This document shows, piece after piece, positions 10,933-23,200 of a stretch of DNA of 32,000 nucleotides. Source of the DNA: Candidatus Saccharimonadota bacterium (GTDB lineage: Bacteria; Patescibacteriota; Gracilibacteria; BD1-5; UBA2023); the NCBI GenBank assembly GCA_963706795.1, contig OY970170.1:540001-572000 (forward strand), given 5' to 3'. Every line of letters starts with the position of its first letter. Position 1 is the first letter of the stretch. A program made the translations under genes and the position numbers. The notes under the pieces are model-generated. The model was given only the letters and a program-made list of their open reading frames with translations, was not told the origin of the DNA and did no database searches.

Positions 10933-12153
10933 GTGTTTGTACTCTTCTTTCTCGTTCATATTTTTTTTGCAGGAGCCTTTTTTTTGTTGAATGCTTATGT
11001 AGAAGCAGGTGGGTTTGTACTTTTGGGGATTATTTCACTCTTTTTGTTTGGTCCTTTCCGTTTTTGAAGTGCTTCAGGACAGTCTGAAGACCAAAAAGAT
11101 GCAGCAAGTCAGCTCGATAATATCAGATCAAAGCTCAAAGAGCAGACAATTTCGTTTTTTAAACGCGGTATATTTCCCCTCTCAGTAGGGCTTTTTTATA
11201 TTGCGATTTTTGGAATAGTTTGGAGTCTTTCAGGAACGCTCCATATAGCATTGTCAGCTTTTGCACATGATCTCGCAATTGTGGTATCTTTGCTTTTAAT
11301 TGTCGCATTTTTTACTCCGCTGAGAGAAAAATCTATTCTCTTAGAGCTTGGTCGTGCCAATATTCTCGTGCTTTCACTCCTCGAATGAGGCATGCTCGTG
11401 AATCATCTTTTTTCTGCAGAAATTCCGTCATTTCATTTGATTATCGCGGTATTCATCCTGATTGCCGCCATCGTGGTCACATTTATTGAAGAATATCGCA
11501 GATCGGCTGCATTTTCACACTCATTTCTACTTTTTTTCTTTATATTTGTTTACCTCTTCTCGACTCTACTCTTTTTGAGTGGTTCATGATTTGAAGAGGG
11601 AATTTGGGTATATTGCATGATGGCAATCGTGCTCTGAACAGGCTTTTTTGAGATCGTTTCAAATAAAATATTCAGAGAATGTAGGATATTTGTCAGGCTT
11701 TTTTCTATATTATTTGTATATGCCTGAACCATTGGCCTCATTGGCCTCTATACTTTTTGACTTGTGGGTCAAGGGGTGATTGTACTCTTGCTTCTCTCGT
11801 TTTTTTTCAATGTGTATGTTCATCAACGATTTGAAAATTATCTCAGTCTCCTCTTTTGTTTGCTCGTTCCGATTGCTATTTTTGAACGTATTTTTGGAAT
11901 ATCAGAAAACTTCTTCTTAACCCTAATTTCGTGAGGGGTTCTCTCCTTTGGGCTCGTTTTTGGTTCGTTTATGCTCAAAAGTTCGCATAAATTTGATGAA
12001 TATTTTTTCCAGGCAACTGCTATTATTGCGGCACTTATACACTTCGCAGCATTCGGGATTGTATATGGTATGATGGGGCTTTTGTATTTTTCTATACTTT
12101 TGCTCTTTTTTTCGGCGTTGCTTTTTGTAAGCTATCTCCGTATTGCTAAATAA
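10933..12153 (+). CDS. hypothetical polytopic integral membrane protein (~406 aa)
   Basis: The frame is open from 10924 to TAA 12151-12153 and passes through seven TGA. There is no in-frame ATG before 11392, so I propose GTG 10933 as the start, but this is uncertain. The protein is highly hydrophobic and Phe/Leu-rich with many predicted helices. Confidence 0.55.
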
Positions 12154-12157
12154 ATCT

Positions 12158-13552
12158 ATGATTCACACACAATTTACGCCAGATATGGTGTCTTCTTTTC
12201 AGTCTGTTGTTACTGAACACTTTGTGTTTGTGTTATGAAATTTGGATTCTCTTCCTGAATATATCAAAACTCCATCACTTCTTCGAGTAATTGAGTCAAA
12301 AAGATCGACTAAGAAAGGATACTCACTTCGTATAGACGCTTTTTCCGAGAACATTGAAACAGTTCATATTCTCGGACTCGACAGTAAAGAAGATATTTCT
12401 TCTCAGATTGCGGAATGTGTGCGTGCTCTCAAAGGATCAATCACGCTTGCTGTGGGCGAAAGTGTGAATACCTCAGTAGCAGTAGAGGCTCTTGGACTCT
12501 GAACGTATTGTTTTCAGGCATATCTTACTGAGAAGAAAATCAGAAAATTTCAAATCCTCTCTGTATGATCGTCAGACATCGATCAGTCTGTCGAACGGGT
12601 CAATGCTGTCTATTTGGCTCGCGACCTCGTGAATATGCCTCCAAATGAGAAATTTCCACAAAAGCTAGTCGCTCTTGTCGAATCACTTCCTTGGAAAAAT
12701 ACAAAAATCCGTGTACTTGGTAAAAAAGAGCTCGAAAAAGCAGGATTTTGAATGTTTCTTGCAGTCTCTGCTGGTTCAGATAGTGAGCCTCAGGTAATGA
12801 TTTTTGAGCGTATTGCTAAAAATGAGTCACCAAAATACGCATTTGTTGGAAAAGGTGTAACTTTTGACTCGGGTGGTATCCAGATCAAGCCGGATGATGC
12901 AATGCTTGAAATGAAAATGGATATGGCAGGGGCTGCTGCAGTGATAGCTACCATGTGGCATCTCGATAGTCTAAATGATATCCCACATGGTATTGTCGGA
13001 GCTATCTGACTTGTCGAAAATATGACAGGCGGATCAGCTGCTAAGCCGCTTGATATTGTCCGTGCTCATAATGGTCTCACTGTTGAGATTCATCATACTG
13101 ATGCGGAGGGGCGACTCGTGCTCGGAGATCTCGTATCCTACATGTCACAGGAATATAAACCTACAAATGCTGTGACTATTGCGACACTTACTGGAGCATG
13201 TATTTATGCACTAGGATTCGATTATGCAGGAGTTATGTGAACAGCCGATGTACTGGTAGATACCCTTTTTGAAAATTCGAAGAAACTTCCTGAAAAACTC
13301 TGGAAACTTCCAGTGGATGCAAAAATGCTCGAGGCCACCAAGGCGACTATCGCTGATCGTAAAAATCTCACAAAGAGCATGAAGGCTGGATCGAGTATGG
13401 GTGCAGCATTTATTGCACAATTTGTACCAGAGAACGTAGCTTACGCACATCTCGATATTGCAGGACCGGCCTATCGTGATAAAGCAGATGGAATATTCCC
13501 ATCCGAAGCGACAGGATTCGGATTTTATACGCTGTCGAACTTGGCGAAATAA
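12158..13552 (+). CDS. pepA: leucyl aminopeptidase, family M17
   Basis: ATG at 12158. Motifs are VGKGVTFDSGGIQIKP, MKMDMAGAAAV, HTDAEGRLVLGD (a variant of the NTDAEGRL signature) and HLDIAGP. It has six in-frame TGA and stops at TAA 13550-13552. Confidence 0.88.
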
Positions 13553-13553
13553 C

Positions 13554-14201
13554 ATGTGGCGACTGCTACTACAAGAAGTTTTTTGAGTTCAATTGAGAGA
13601 ACCACTTGCCCTTCATGATGGCCTCGCGGATGCCACGGAATATTACCGTGAACATCTAAAAGACTGTGCTTTTGATCAGATTATTGTGTGTTCCGAATAC
13701 GAATGATCCGTCGAAGCAGCGATCTACCGTATGAAATACGATCGAATCAGAGAAGAATCTGAAGTCTTTATGCCGCTTCTCTCTGGTGCGATGAGCTATT
13801 TGCGAATAAGAACTTGAGTGGACGAAGAATTTATTTGTACCTGGGTCCCCATTGGTATGATGCGATTTTTTGCACGAGGTTTTAATCAGTCAGCAATTTT
13901 GGCCAAGAGTCTTGCAAAACGTGAGCAGCTTACCACTCTCAGAACTCTAACGCGCACAGGCTCTTGAAAGCATCAGGCGAGATTGACTGCCGAAGAGCGT
14001 ATGAACAATGTTGTCTGAAAATTTCGTGCCAGGAAGAATATACAAAAGTCAGTAGTGGGTCGCCACTTGATCCTCATCGACGACGTAATTTCTACAGGAT
14101 CAACAGCAAATGAATGTGCAAAGATTCTTAAAGAGATGTGAGCTCGTGAGGTTACCGGAATCTTTTTAGCAAGATCACGAATACTGAACTCGTCCCTCTA
14201 A
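13554..14201 (+). CDS. comF: ComF family protein (phosphoribosyltransferase-fold competence protein)
   Basis: The ATG lies 1 nt after the pepA stop. Motifs are GFNQSAILAKSLA and the PRTase motif HLILIDDVISTGSTANE. It has six in-frame TGA and gives 215 aa. It was invisible in the standard-code ORF track. Confidence 0.8.
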
Positions 14202-14309
14202 AGACATATTTCGTCGATCTGTGAAGCGAATTGTTTTGCTTCTTCTTGGACTCTCAGAATTTTCTGTTAAAATCGGCCGGTTATATTTCCAGTCGATTTT
14301 TTGTAGAGC

Positions 14310-17168
14310 ATGTCAGAATTTCTTTCCATCTCAGGGGCAAAGACCCACAACCTCAAAAATGTGTCCGTCGATATCCCCAAAAATTGCCTGGTAGTTGTTA
14401 CCGGTGTTTCTGGTTCTGGAAAATCTTCGCTCGCCTTTGATACCATCTATGCCGAAGGGCAGAGACGGTATCTTGAGAGTCTTTCGACATATGCTCGGAT
14501 GATTATTTCGTCGATTAATGACGATACAAAGGTTGATGAAATTCGAGGGCTTTCGCCTACGATTTCGATTAATCAAAAGACGGTTTCTTCAAATCCTCGC
14601 TCAACGGTGGGGACAATTACCGAGATTTATGATTATTTCCGTCTCCTCTATACGACAGTAGGAGTCCAAAAATGTCCAAATCATCCAGAAATCACTCTCA
14701 AAAAAGACACGGTTGCGAGTATTCTCTCGATGATTAAGGCTCTTCCAGAGTGAACAAAATTCCATGTGCTTTCTCCCATTAGATCAGGAGAAGCGGATCG
14801 AACACTTGCAAATGTTGGTAAACAGATACTCGATCGTGGATTTATCCGATATCAGGTGGGCGATATGGTATTTTCGGTTGGTGATACTCCACCCGAAAAA
14901 ATCCTCGCCGAATGAGATCAGGCCTTTATCGTAGTCGATCGTCTCGTGGCGAAAGCTGGCGAAGAATTCGAAAAACGCTGTCGAGATTCGATCGAACTTG
15001 GCTACAAAGCAGGAGAAGGTCGACTCTCTATTTATCTTTTGGATACGAAAGAAACCTCCGAATATAGTGCAACTGCTGCCTGTCCAGAATGTGGTTACAA
15101 TCTCCAGGATCTTACGATTTCGAACTTTTCGTTTAATTCTCACTACGGTGCCTGCGAGAACTGTCACGGCCTCGGTACTGAGGTAGCGTTTTTAGAAGAG
15201 CGTGTTATTAATCCACGCCTTACTCTCGAAGAATGAGCGATTCTCCCTTGGGCGGGTCATCCGTACTATGCAAAGGTGCTTGAGGTTATGTGCGAACGCC
15301 ACAAAATCCCGATGAATGTGCTCTACAAAGATCTCAAAAAAGCTCAGCAGGATAAAATCCTCTACGGAACGCCAGGTGAGCATTACGAAGTTGCTCCCGA
15401 TGTAAAATACCGCGAAGAAGGCAAAATATACCGCACAAAATACGAAGGTGTTATTACAATACTTACGAGGCGTTATCGTGAAACGGATCCAGGTGACCCA
15501 TTCATGAAGCGTATTTCACAATATGTCACTGAGGTGGCTTGTCCCGTATGTGACGGATATCGACTGAAAAAAGAATACCTCCATGTCTTCATTGATGGTC
15601 TTCATATCGGACAGCTCTCAGATCTCTGTGTTCGTGATACGCTCATCTTTGTAAAAAATCTCAAATTTTCGAAGAGTGAACAAAAGATCGTTACCCCGAT
15701 CATGAAAAATATCCTCGAGCGCCTGGAATTTCTCTCGGGAGTTGGACTCGACTATATGTCACTTTCTCGTCGCGCGAATACGCTCTCTGGTGGAGAATCT
15801 CAGCGAATCCGCCTCGCGACTCAGATCGGTACACGGCTCGAAGGTATTATCTATGTCCTCGATGAGCCGTCTATCGGACTTCATCCACGTGATAATGACA
15901 TGCTCATTACCAATATCAAAAAGCTCGCGGCGATTGGCAATACTGTCATCGTTGTCGAACATGACGAAGATATCATGGAAGCCTGTGACTATATCGTCGA
16001 TATTGGTCCTAATGCTGGTAAGCATGGAGGAGAGATCATCTTCGCTGGAACCTACGAAGAAATCTGTCGAGATAGCAAATCTGAAACCGGTGCCTATCTC
16101 TCAGGTCGCAAAAAAGTACTCGTCAAAAAGGTGAAGCGAGAACCTATTGGATTTATTGAAGTCCTCGGTGCGACTGAGAACAATCTCCAAAATATTGATG
16201 TAAAAATCCCGCTAGGACTTATGACCGTAGTGACGGGTGTTTCAGGCTCTGGGAAATCATCGCTCGTGATGGATATCCTCGCGAATTCACTCATTCGCCA
16301 TTTTGGTAATATGTCTGACGAACCTGGCAAACATAAAGAGATCAAGGGAATGGACCAGCTCGATAAAGCTATCATCATCGATCAGTCTCCTATCGGTAAA
16401 ACCCCGCACTCCAATATTGCTACCTACACTGGACTTTTCACATTTGTGCGTGAAGTCTTTGCTGGCTCACTCGAAGCACAAAAGCGTGGATATGGACCAG
16501 GGCGATTTAGCTTTAATACTCGAGGTGGTCGCTGCGAAATCTGTGAAGGATCTGGTGTGAAAAAGATCGAAATGCACTTCCTTCCCGATGTTTTTGTTGA
16601 GTGTGAATCATGTGGTGGAACCCGTTATAATCCTGAGACACTCGAGGTGAGATTTAAAGGGAAAAATATTGCCGAAGTCCTCGCAATGACCTGTGAAGAG
16701 GCACTCGAATTCTTTACGGCATTTCCACGCATTGCGCGAATTCTCTCAGTGCTCGTGGATGTAGGACTTGGATATATCACCCTCGGGCAATCTGCTCCGA
16801 CACTCTCTGGAGGTGAAGCTCAGCGTATCAAGCTGGCATATGATCTCTCAAAGCGTTCGACTTCTAAAACACTCTATATCCTCGACGAACCCACTACAGG
16901 GCTTCATTTCTCGGATGTTCAGAAACTCCTCGATATCCTCGATAAGCTTGTTGAAAAGGGCAACTCAGTACTCATTATTGAACATAACCTCGACATGATC
17001 GCCAACTCTGACTATCTCATTGATATCGGACCCGAATGAGGCGACCGTGGCTGAAAACTCATGTTTGCTGGACCCACTAAAAATATCCTCAAATGTAAGG
17101 AATCTTTCACCGCCCAAGCACTCGAAAGATATTGGAACCGACCTCAGATCGCCGTATGAAAAAATTAG
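14310..17168 (+). CDS. uvrA: excinuclease ABC subunit A
   Basis: Track ORFs 14310-14753, 14946-15236 and 15276-17039 lie in one frame. Two Walker A motifs are present ([14 protein letters not shown] and [13 protein letters not shown]), with ABC signatures [12 protein letters not shown] and [12 protein letters not shown] and Zn-finger Cys pairs. The C-terminus reads IDIGPE-G-GDRG-G-KLMF. It stops at TAG 17166-17168 and gives 952 aa. Confidence 0.95.
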
Positions 17169-18103
17169 TTATTATTACCGGAGGAACTGGCTCAGAACGA
17201 GCAGTTTCTCTCAGATCAGCAGAAGCCGTAAAAAAGGCTCTGACTCTCGGTGGATACGAGTGCGAGGTTTTTGATTTCCCACAAGACCTCGAACGTTTTC
17301 TTGCTGCCCCAAAACCAACATTCGCATTTGTCATGATTCATGGCCAGGATGGCGAAGATGGCAAAATACCCGCGATGCTTGAGTTACTTGGTATCCCATC
17401 GCAGTGAGCGGATTTTACAACGCATGCTCTCTGTATAGATAAAATTCGTACAAAGGCAGTTTGGAGATCTGCGGGTATTCCGGTTGCGAACGATATGGTA
17501 TGCTTCGTCAAAGAGCATGACACACATACTTTTGCTACGAAGATCGAGGAAGACATTGGTTTCCCCTGTGTGATCAAGATTCCTAACGAAGGATCGAGTA
17601 ATGGTGTATATATTTTAAATTCTCGAGCTGATTTGGAGAGTGTTTGGCCACAGCTTTGAGGCTACGATGGACCGCTTCTTATTGAGCAATTTATTGAAGG
17701 TCGTGAATTTACAGTGAGTATTCTTGAATTACCAGACGGCAATACGTTAGCACTCCCTATTATTGAGATCATTCCTCCTGAAGGCGAAGGATTTGATTAT
17801 GATAATAAATATAATGGAAAGACCCGTGAGATATGCCCTGCTCAGATTCCTCCAGATCTTGCAGATACTCTTTCAAAAATCTGCCTCAAAGCCTATCGTC
17901 TCCTTAGAGTTCAGGGCTATGGTCGCATAGATGTTATGGTTACTCCAACAAATGACGTGCGGCTTCTTGAGCTCAATACGATCCCAGGTTTTACGGATCA
18001 GAGTCTTTTCCCGCTCGCGGCCAAAACCTATGGACTTTCTTTTGTCCAGCTTCTTGAAGTTCTTATGGAGAGAGGAATACATAATTTTAAAAATCGCCAG
18101 TAA
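17156..18103 (+). CDS. ddl: D-alanine--D-alanine ligase
   Basis: ATG at 17156 ([10 protein letters not shown]) overlaps the uvrA end by 13 nt. Motifs are GGTGSERAVSLRSA, HGQDGEDGKIPAMLELLGIP, the ATP-grasp EGSSNGVYIL, GYGRIDVM and LELNTIPGFT. It has two in-frame TGA. Confidence 0.9.
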
Positions 18104-18105
18104 GC

Positions 18106-19020
18106 ATGCCTCCAGGATTTCTTTCAATCGATCACGATATTTCTCTTCTCTCAGCATTTAAAACGCCAGCAAAGACGCGTTATTTTTTTGAAGTAAAAGA
18201 AGTTACGGATCTTGTTCGTCTAAGGGAGGCTCATGATTTCGCAACACAGAACAATCTCCCAATCATCTATCTCGGAAGTGGCACCAACTGTCTCTTTGCC
18301 TTTGATGAATTCGACGGACTCGTTATTAAAAATAGCCTCAAAGGTTGGGAATTACGAGAAGACGATACTGGAAAAACACTTCACGCCTACTCAGCTGAGC
18401 TTATTTCGCCAATTTCGACAGCGCTGTACAAGACCCACAATATTTCACTTTTTCTCCCGTGGGTTGGACTTCCTGGTACAGTGGGCGGAGCAGTTGCTGG
18501 GAATGCATGATGCTTTGGACTCTCTGTCTCTGACGTGCTTATAGAGGTCGAACTCTTTGAGTTTGCGACGGGCCAACGTATCATCAAATCTGCCTCTGAG
18601 CTCGGATTTCACTACCGTGAGTCTCTTCTCAAAACAAATACTGAGTATTTTATTGTCTCTGCAACCTTTGATCTTGAGAAGGTATTCCCCGACAATATAT
18701 ATATGTCGAAGGATCCTGAAGAAATGCAACAGATCCGTCGCTCAAAGCAACCACCAGGACTCTCCTGTGGCTCATATTTTAGAAATCCACCCTGAGATGC
18801 TGCTGGCCGGATCATCGACCAAGAGCTTCATATGAATGGTACAAAGGTCTGAAGCGTTCAAATATCGGAGCGTCATGGTAATTTCTTCCTCGCGCCGATG
18901 GGGGCTGATTGGCGAGATGTGCTGGCACTTGCCGAAATGGTCAAAAAGAACGCCCGCGAAAAACTCGGAATTGAATTAAATGAGGAAGCACGCATTATTC
19001 GCAGCAGTTCACAGTTATAA
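18106..19020 (+). CDS. murB: UDP-N-acetylenolpyruvoylglucosamine reductase
   Basis: The ATG lies 2 nt after the ddl stop. Motifs are YLGSGTNCLF, GLPGTVGGAVAGNA-G-CFG and SCGSYFRNPP. It has three in-frame TGA and stops at TAA 19018-19020. Confidence 0.85.
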
Positions 19021-19042
19021 ATAGAATTTTCCATACTATAGA

Positions 19043-19762
19043 ATGAAACTCCAAAAATTCCTCGCTCAAGCAGGTATCGCCTCACGTCGCAAAGCCGAAG
19101 ACTTCATTATCCGTTGACTCGTAAAGGTCAATGGCGAGCTTGCGCATATTGGTCAGGTGATCGATCCAGAGGTCGACAAGGTCGAAGTTTCTGATGAGGC
19201 GGTTACCGAAACTGAAAACTTCGTCTATTACAAACTCAATAAACCACGAGGTGTTGTAACAACGTGTGTATCTCGAGGCGAGACGGGTATTCTTGATATC
19301 ATTGATATTAAGGAGCGCGTATTTCCAATCGGTCGACTCGATAAAGACACAAATGGACTTATTCTTCTCACAAATGACGGTCGACTTTCGAACTTCCTCA
19401 TGCATCCGCGCTATGAGCACGAGAAGGAATACCTCGTCGAAGTCTACGGCCGTATCGAAGACTATGCCCTCGAGCAGATGTCTCTCGGAGTCCTCGATAT
19501 CCTCGGAAAGCGCGTACAACCCGCAACTGTAAAGCGTGCCTCGTCTGGAAAATTCACAATTATTCTCAAAGAAGGGAAGAATCGACAGATCCGTCGTATG
19601 GTCGAAGCGGTCGGACATGATGTTAAAAAACTCAAGCGTATCCGCATCGAAAACGTGCTTTTATGATCACTCGAAGAGGGTGAATATGTGAAACTTACCG
19701 CACAGGAACGCCAAGAACTCCTTGAGCGTACAGTTTTTGCAAATGCCAAAAATATAGAGTAA
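19043..19762 (+). CDS. rluB: pseudouridine synthase, RsuA/RluB family
   Basis: It has an S4 domain (MKLQKFLAQAGIASRRKAEDFI), the catalytic motif GRLDKDTNGLILLTNDG, and GKNRQIRRM. It has two in-frame TGA and gives 239 aa. Subfamily assignment (RsuA, RluB or RluF) is not certain. Confidence 0.85.
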
Positions 19763-20010
19763 ATTTCCGAAGCCCCTATTTATAGGGAAACCCCGCTTTG
19801 TGAAAAAAGTGTGAAGAGACCTGCATTGCGTTTGACTTCACTCCGTTCTTCATATAATTCGAGGCACGGAAAGGTAGCTGCAAATCTCCTTTTCACGTTC
19901 GTTAACACTCTTATACTCTTTCGCTTGTTCAAAAGTGAAAGGGGTATGTTGTTTACAACGTGCAAGTTTTTTTGAACTCCAAACTTTCCCTTCTAGTAGC
20001 TAGATTTTAC

Positions 20011-20052
20011 GAGAGGACGTGGTTTTTGTATATACAAAGGTCGCGTCCTCTC
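20011..20052 (+). promoter_or_regulatory. 42-nt imperfect hairpin with central 14-nt palindrome upstream of the S-layer gene
   Basis: GAGAGGACG (20011-20019) pairs with CGTCCTCTC (20044-20052). The interior contains the perfect palindrome TTTGTATATACAAA. No U-run follows on either strand. A TATAAT hexamer lies at 20099-20104, and the S-layer ATG is at 20201. Confidence 0.4.
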
Positions 20053-20200
20053 GTTATGTCAAAACTAACAGAGGTTAAAGCTTTAACTTCCCAGGAAGTA
20101 TAATCCTGGACGTACTACTGTCTGTAATACTGAGAATCGGCAAATCTCTCTAGAACATTCGAGGAAATACGGTTTTTACATTTAACTTATAGTTATTCCT

Positions 20201-23200
20201 ATGAGTACTCTTCTCAAGAAGGTTACTTCAACGGTAAGCGTTCTTTCGATCGCTGTAGCTGCTGTTAGCTCAACGCTTACAGTTTCTGCTGCATCTGAAT
20301 TTGCTGCTTCTGCTGAATTAGTCGCTCAGGCTGGTATTATTAATACTCAAGCAACTGAAGCCGGATACCGTCTCGGTGATAATATCACACGTGCGGAAAT
20401 GGCAAAAATCGCTGTTAAGCTCTCAGGGAGCGAAGCAGGAAGCTGTGCAGGTAATGTCTACTCAGATGTTACTTCAAAGCTTGGTGATCTCTGTGGATTT
20501 ATTGAAGCTGCGGCTGACGCTGGTATTGTCTCAAAGGCAAATGCTAAGTTCCGCCCTTCTGACCTCGTAACTCGAGCAGAAATGGTAAAGATGCTCCTCG
20601 CTGCCAGTGGAGTAGCTCCTACTGATGTTTCTGCTGGATTCTCTGACGTTTCTGCATCTCTTGGTGACCTTGCCGGGTACATCAATGCAGGAGTTGAAGA
20701 GGGTTGCGTTAAGGCAGGTGCAACATTCCGACCTAATGCTACTTCCACTCGTGGTGAAGCATTCAAGGTTACGGCTTGTGTAGCTGGTCTTACTGACACT
20801 ACTCCTACTACTCCACCTACTACTGGTACTGGAACTACAACTCCTCCTACTACTGGTACAGGTACTACTGTTCCTCCAGTTGTGATTGCAACAGGTGACC
20901 TCACGGCTACCCTCAATCCTGCAACTCCGGCTGCGACAACTCTTCCTACTGGTTCTGCTTACAACAAGGTTCTCGCTGTAGATCTTACAGCTGGTTCTGC
21001 TGATGCTGCAGTTACAGGTTTCGAAGTTACACGTACTGGTCTCATCTCTAACACAAACATCTCTGGTGTTTCTGCTTGGGTTGACGGTGCACGTCTCGGA
21101 AATGTAGTTCAGTCTCTCTCTGCTGATGGTAAGGCTACCGTTTCTTTCGGTAACACTCCACTCACTATTAAGGCTGGCACAACAAAGACAATTACTTTCG
21201 CGGTTAATATCCGTTCTGGAAATTATTCTGGTACAGTTGGTCTTACTCTCTCAAAGGTAATTGCAGGTGGTACTGTTACTGGTACTCCAGTTACATCTAA
21301 CACTCACTCAGTAGTTGATGGTTCTTCTTCACTCGTTTCATACGATGTTGGTTCTATCGCTGTTGGTGGTGTTGCTACTTCTATTGGAGCTTCTGCTCCA
21401 GTGAGTCCTACTCTTCTCGACATTGGTCAGACGACTGAAGTTGCTAAGGTTAAGATTACACACAACAACTCTAAGGAAGATCTCTCTATTGAAGGTATGA
21501 ATATCTTCATTGATGGATCAGTTTCAGACTCTGACCTCTCTGGTTTCGAAGTTTGGTCTCAGGAAGGTACGAAGCTCGCTTCAGCTGATGTTGCTAGCGG
21601 ACGCTACGTAAACTTCAAGTTTGCTACTCCTTACGTTATTGCTCAGGGTGGTACTCGCTACATGACTATTAAGGCTACTGTAGCTACTGGTAAGTACAAT
21701 TCAGGACGAAACTTCTCAGTTCGCATCCGTGATGATTTCGATATCGTTGCACGTGGTGTTACTACTGGAACATACATCCTCCCAAACAATCCTAACACTC
21801 TTCTCGGTAACCAGTACTGGTTCGGGATTAATGCAGGTAACCTCACTATCTCTAAGGCTACAGATTCTCGCAGCCAGAACATCGGTGCTAACGCAGACGA
21901 TCTCGTTCTCGCTACATTTGACGTAAAGGCTTCAGGTGAAGATATTGAAGTTCAGAAGGTTAACTTCTGTGTTACTAAGGCAAGTGGTGCAGTTGACCTC
22001 CGCGGAACTATTAAGATTACCGCTGGTGGACAGACTGTATTCTCTACAGATGCTTCTAATGTTAATAACTATGGAACTGTCCCTTGTACTGGTGGAAACA
22101 CTGGATACCTCAGTTCATACGTAACAATCAAGGCTGGTACTACTGCTAAGTTCAACGTTATTGCATCTACTTCTTCTTCAGCTGTTGCTGCAAGTTCGTA
22201 CGTTGCTTCAATCTTCAACTTCTCATACAAGCTCACTTCTTCTAACACTATTACAAACAGCACATCAGTTTACACTGGTAATACACTCGCTGTTGAAGCT
22301 ACAACTCTCACTGTTTCTGCAAACGGAGCGTTCAATCCTTCAAATATTGTTAAGGGACAGAGCCAGGCTAAGATTGGTTCATTCAACATCCAGGCATCTA
22401 ATGCTGACGATGTAAACGTAAACACTGTTATCGTAAACGTTGCTGCTACAGGTGGTCTCACTGGTATCAACAATCTTACACTTAAGTCTGGTGCTAAGCA
22501 GCTCGGAAATGTTATCTCAAATCCTGCCGCTACTGGAAACTCATTCTCAGTAAATTCTGGTGACCTCAAGGTTGCTAAGAACTCTACTGTTACTATTGAC
22601 GTATACGCTGACATTACTTCTGCTGTTACTGCAACTGCTATCTCTGTTAATATCGGTACAAACGGTGTTACAGGTGTTGGTGCTACTAACTCAGTAAGTC
22701 TTTCAGCTCCAGTTTCATCTGTTGGTGCTGTTGCACTCACAGTAGTTGGAAATGGTTCACTCACTATTGCTAGTGACTCTCTTACTCCAGGTAAGCAGAT
22801 TCTTACTGCTGGTCTTACTAACAAGGAAGTTTTCCGCTTCCAGGTTAAGGCTGACAACAAAGAAGATCTCCGCCTCGACAAGATTACTCTCGGAAGTTAC
22901 TCTACTGGTACGACCGTTACAGATCTTGGTAAGAACTTCCTCAATGTTAAGATCTACGACGGAGCAACTCAGCTCGGTGGTTCAGTTACATTCGTAGGTG
23001 GTGCTGCTAAGTTCACTGGACTCGGTTATGTTGTACCTAAGGGTGCTAACAAGACTCTCTCAGTTCGTGTTGATACTGCAACTTCAGGTGTTCTCGAGAA
23101 TGCAGCAACTGTTCTTCTTACTCCAACACAGGTAGAATATACTGGTGTTGCAGGTGGACAGCTCTCTGCTCTTGCTGCTCCTTCAGGTGTAGCTATCTCT

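Noticed and set aside
14310-17039. uvrA (three pieces), glyA, rny, era, ddl, murB, pepA and ctp look like pseudogenes broken by premature stops.
   Set aside because: All interruptions are TGA, the pieces stay in frame, and the TGAs align with conserved Gly positions. This is a code-25 reading artefact, not gene decay.
19780-19965. 61-aa minus-strand ORF in the long intergenic region, and an SRP-RNA-like GGAA-containing string (CACGGAAAGGTAGCTGC, ~19866-19882).
   Set aside because: The ORF is isolated, antisense to the flow of neighbouring genes and has no motif. The GGAA string cannot be folded into the SRP helix-8 hairpin because the flanking bases do not pair, so I make no SRP call.
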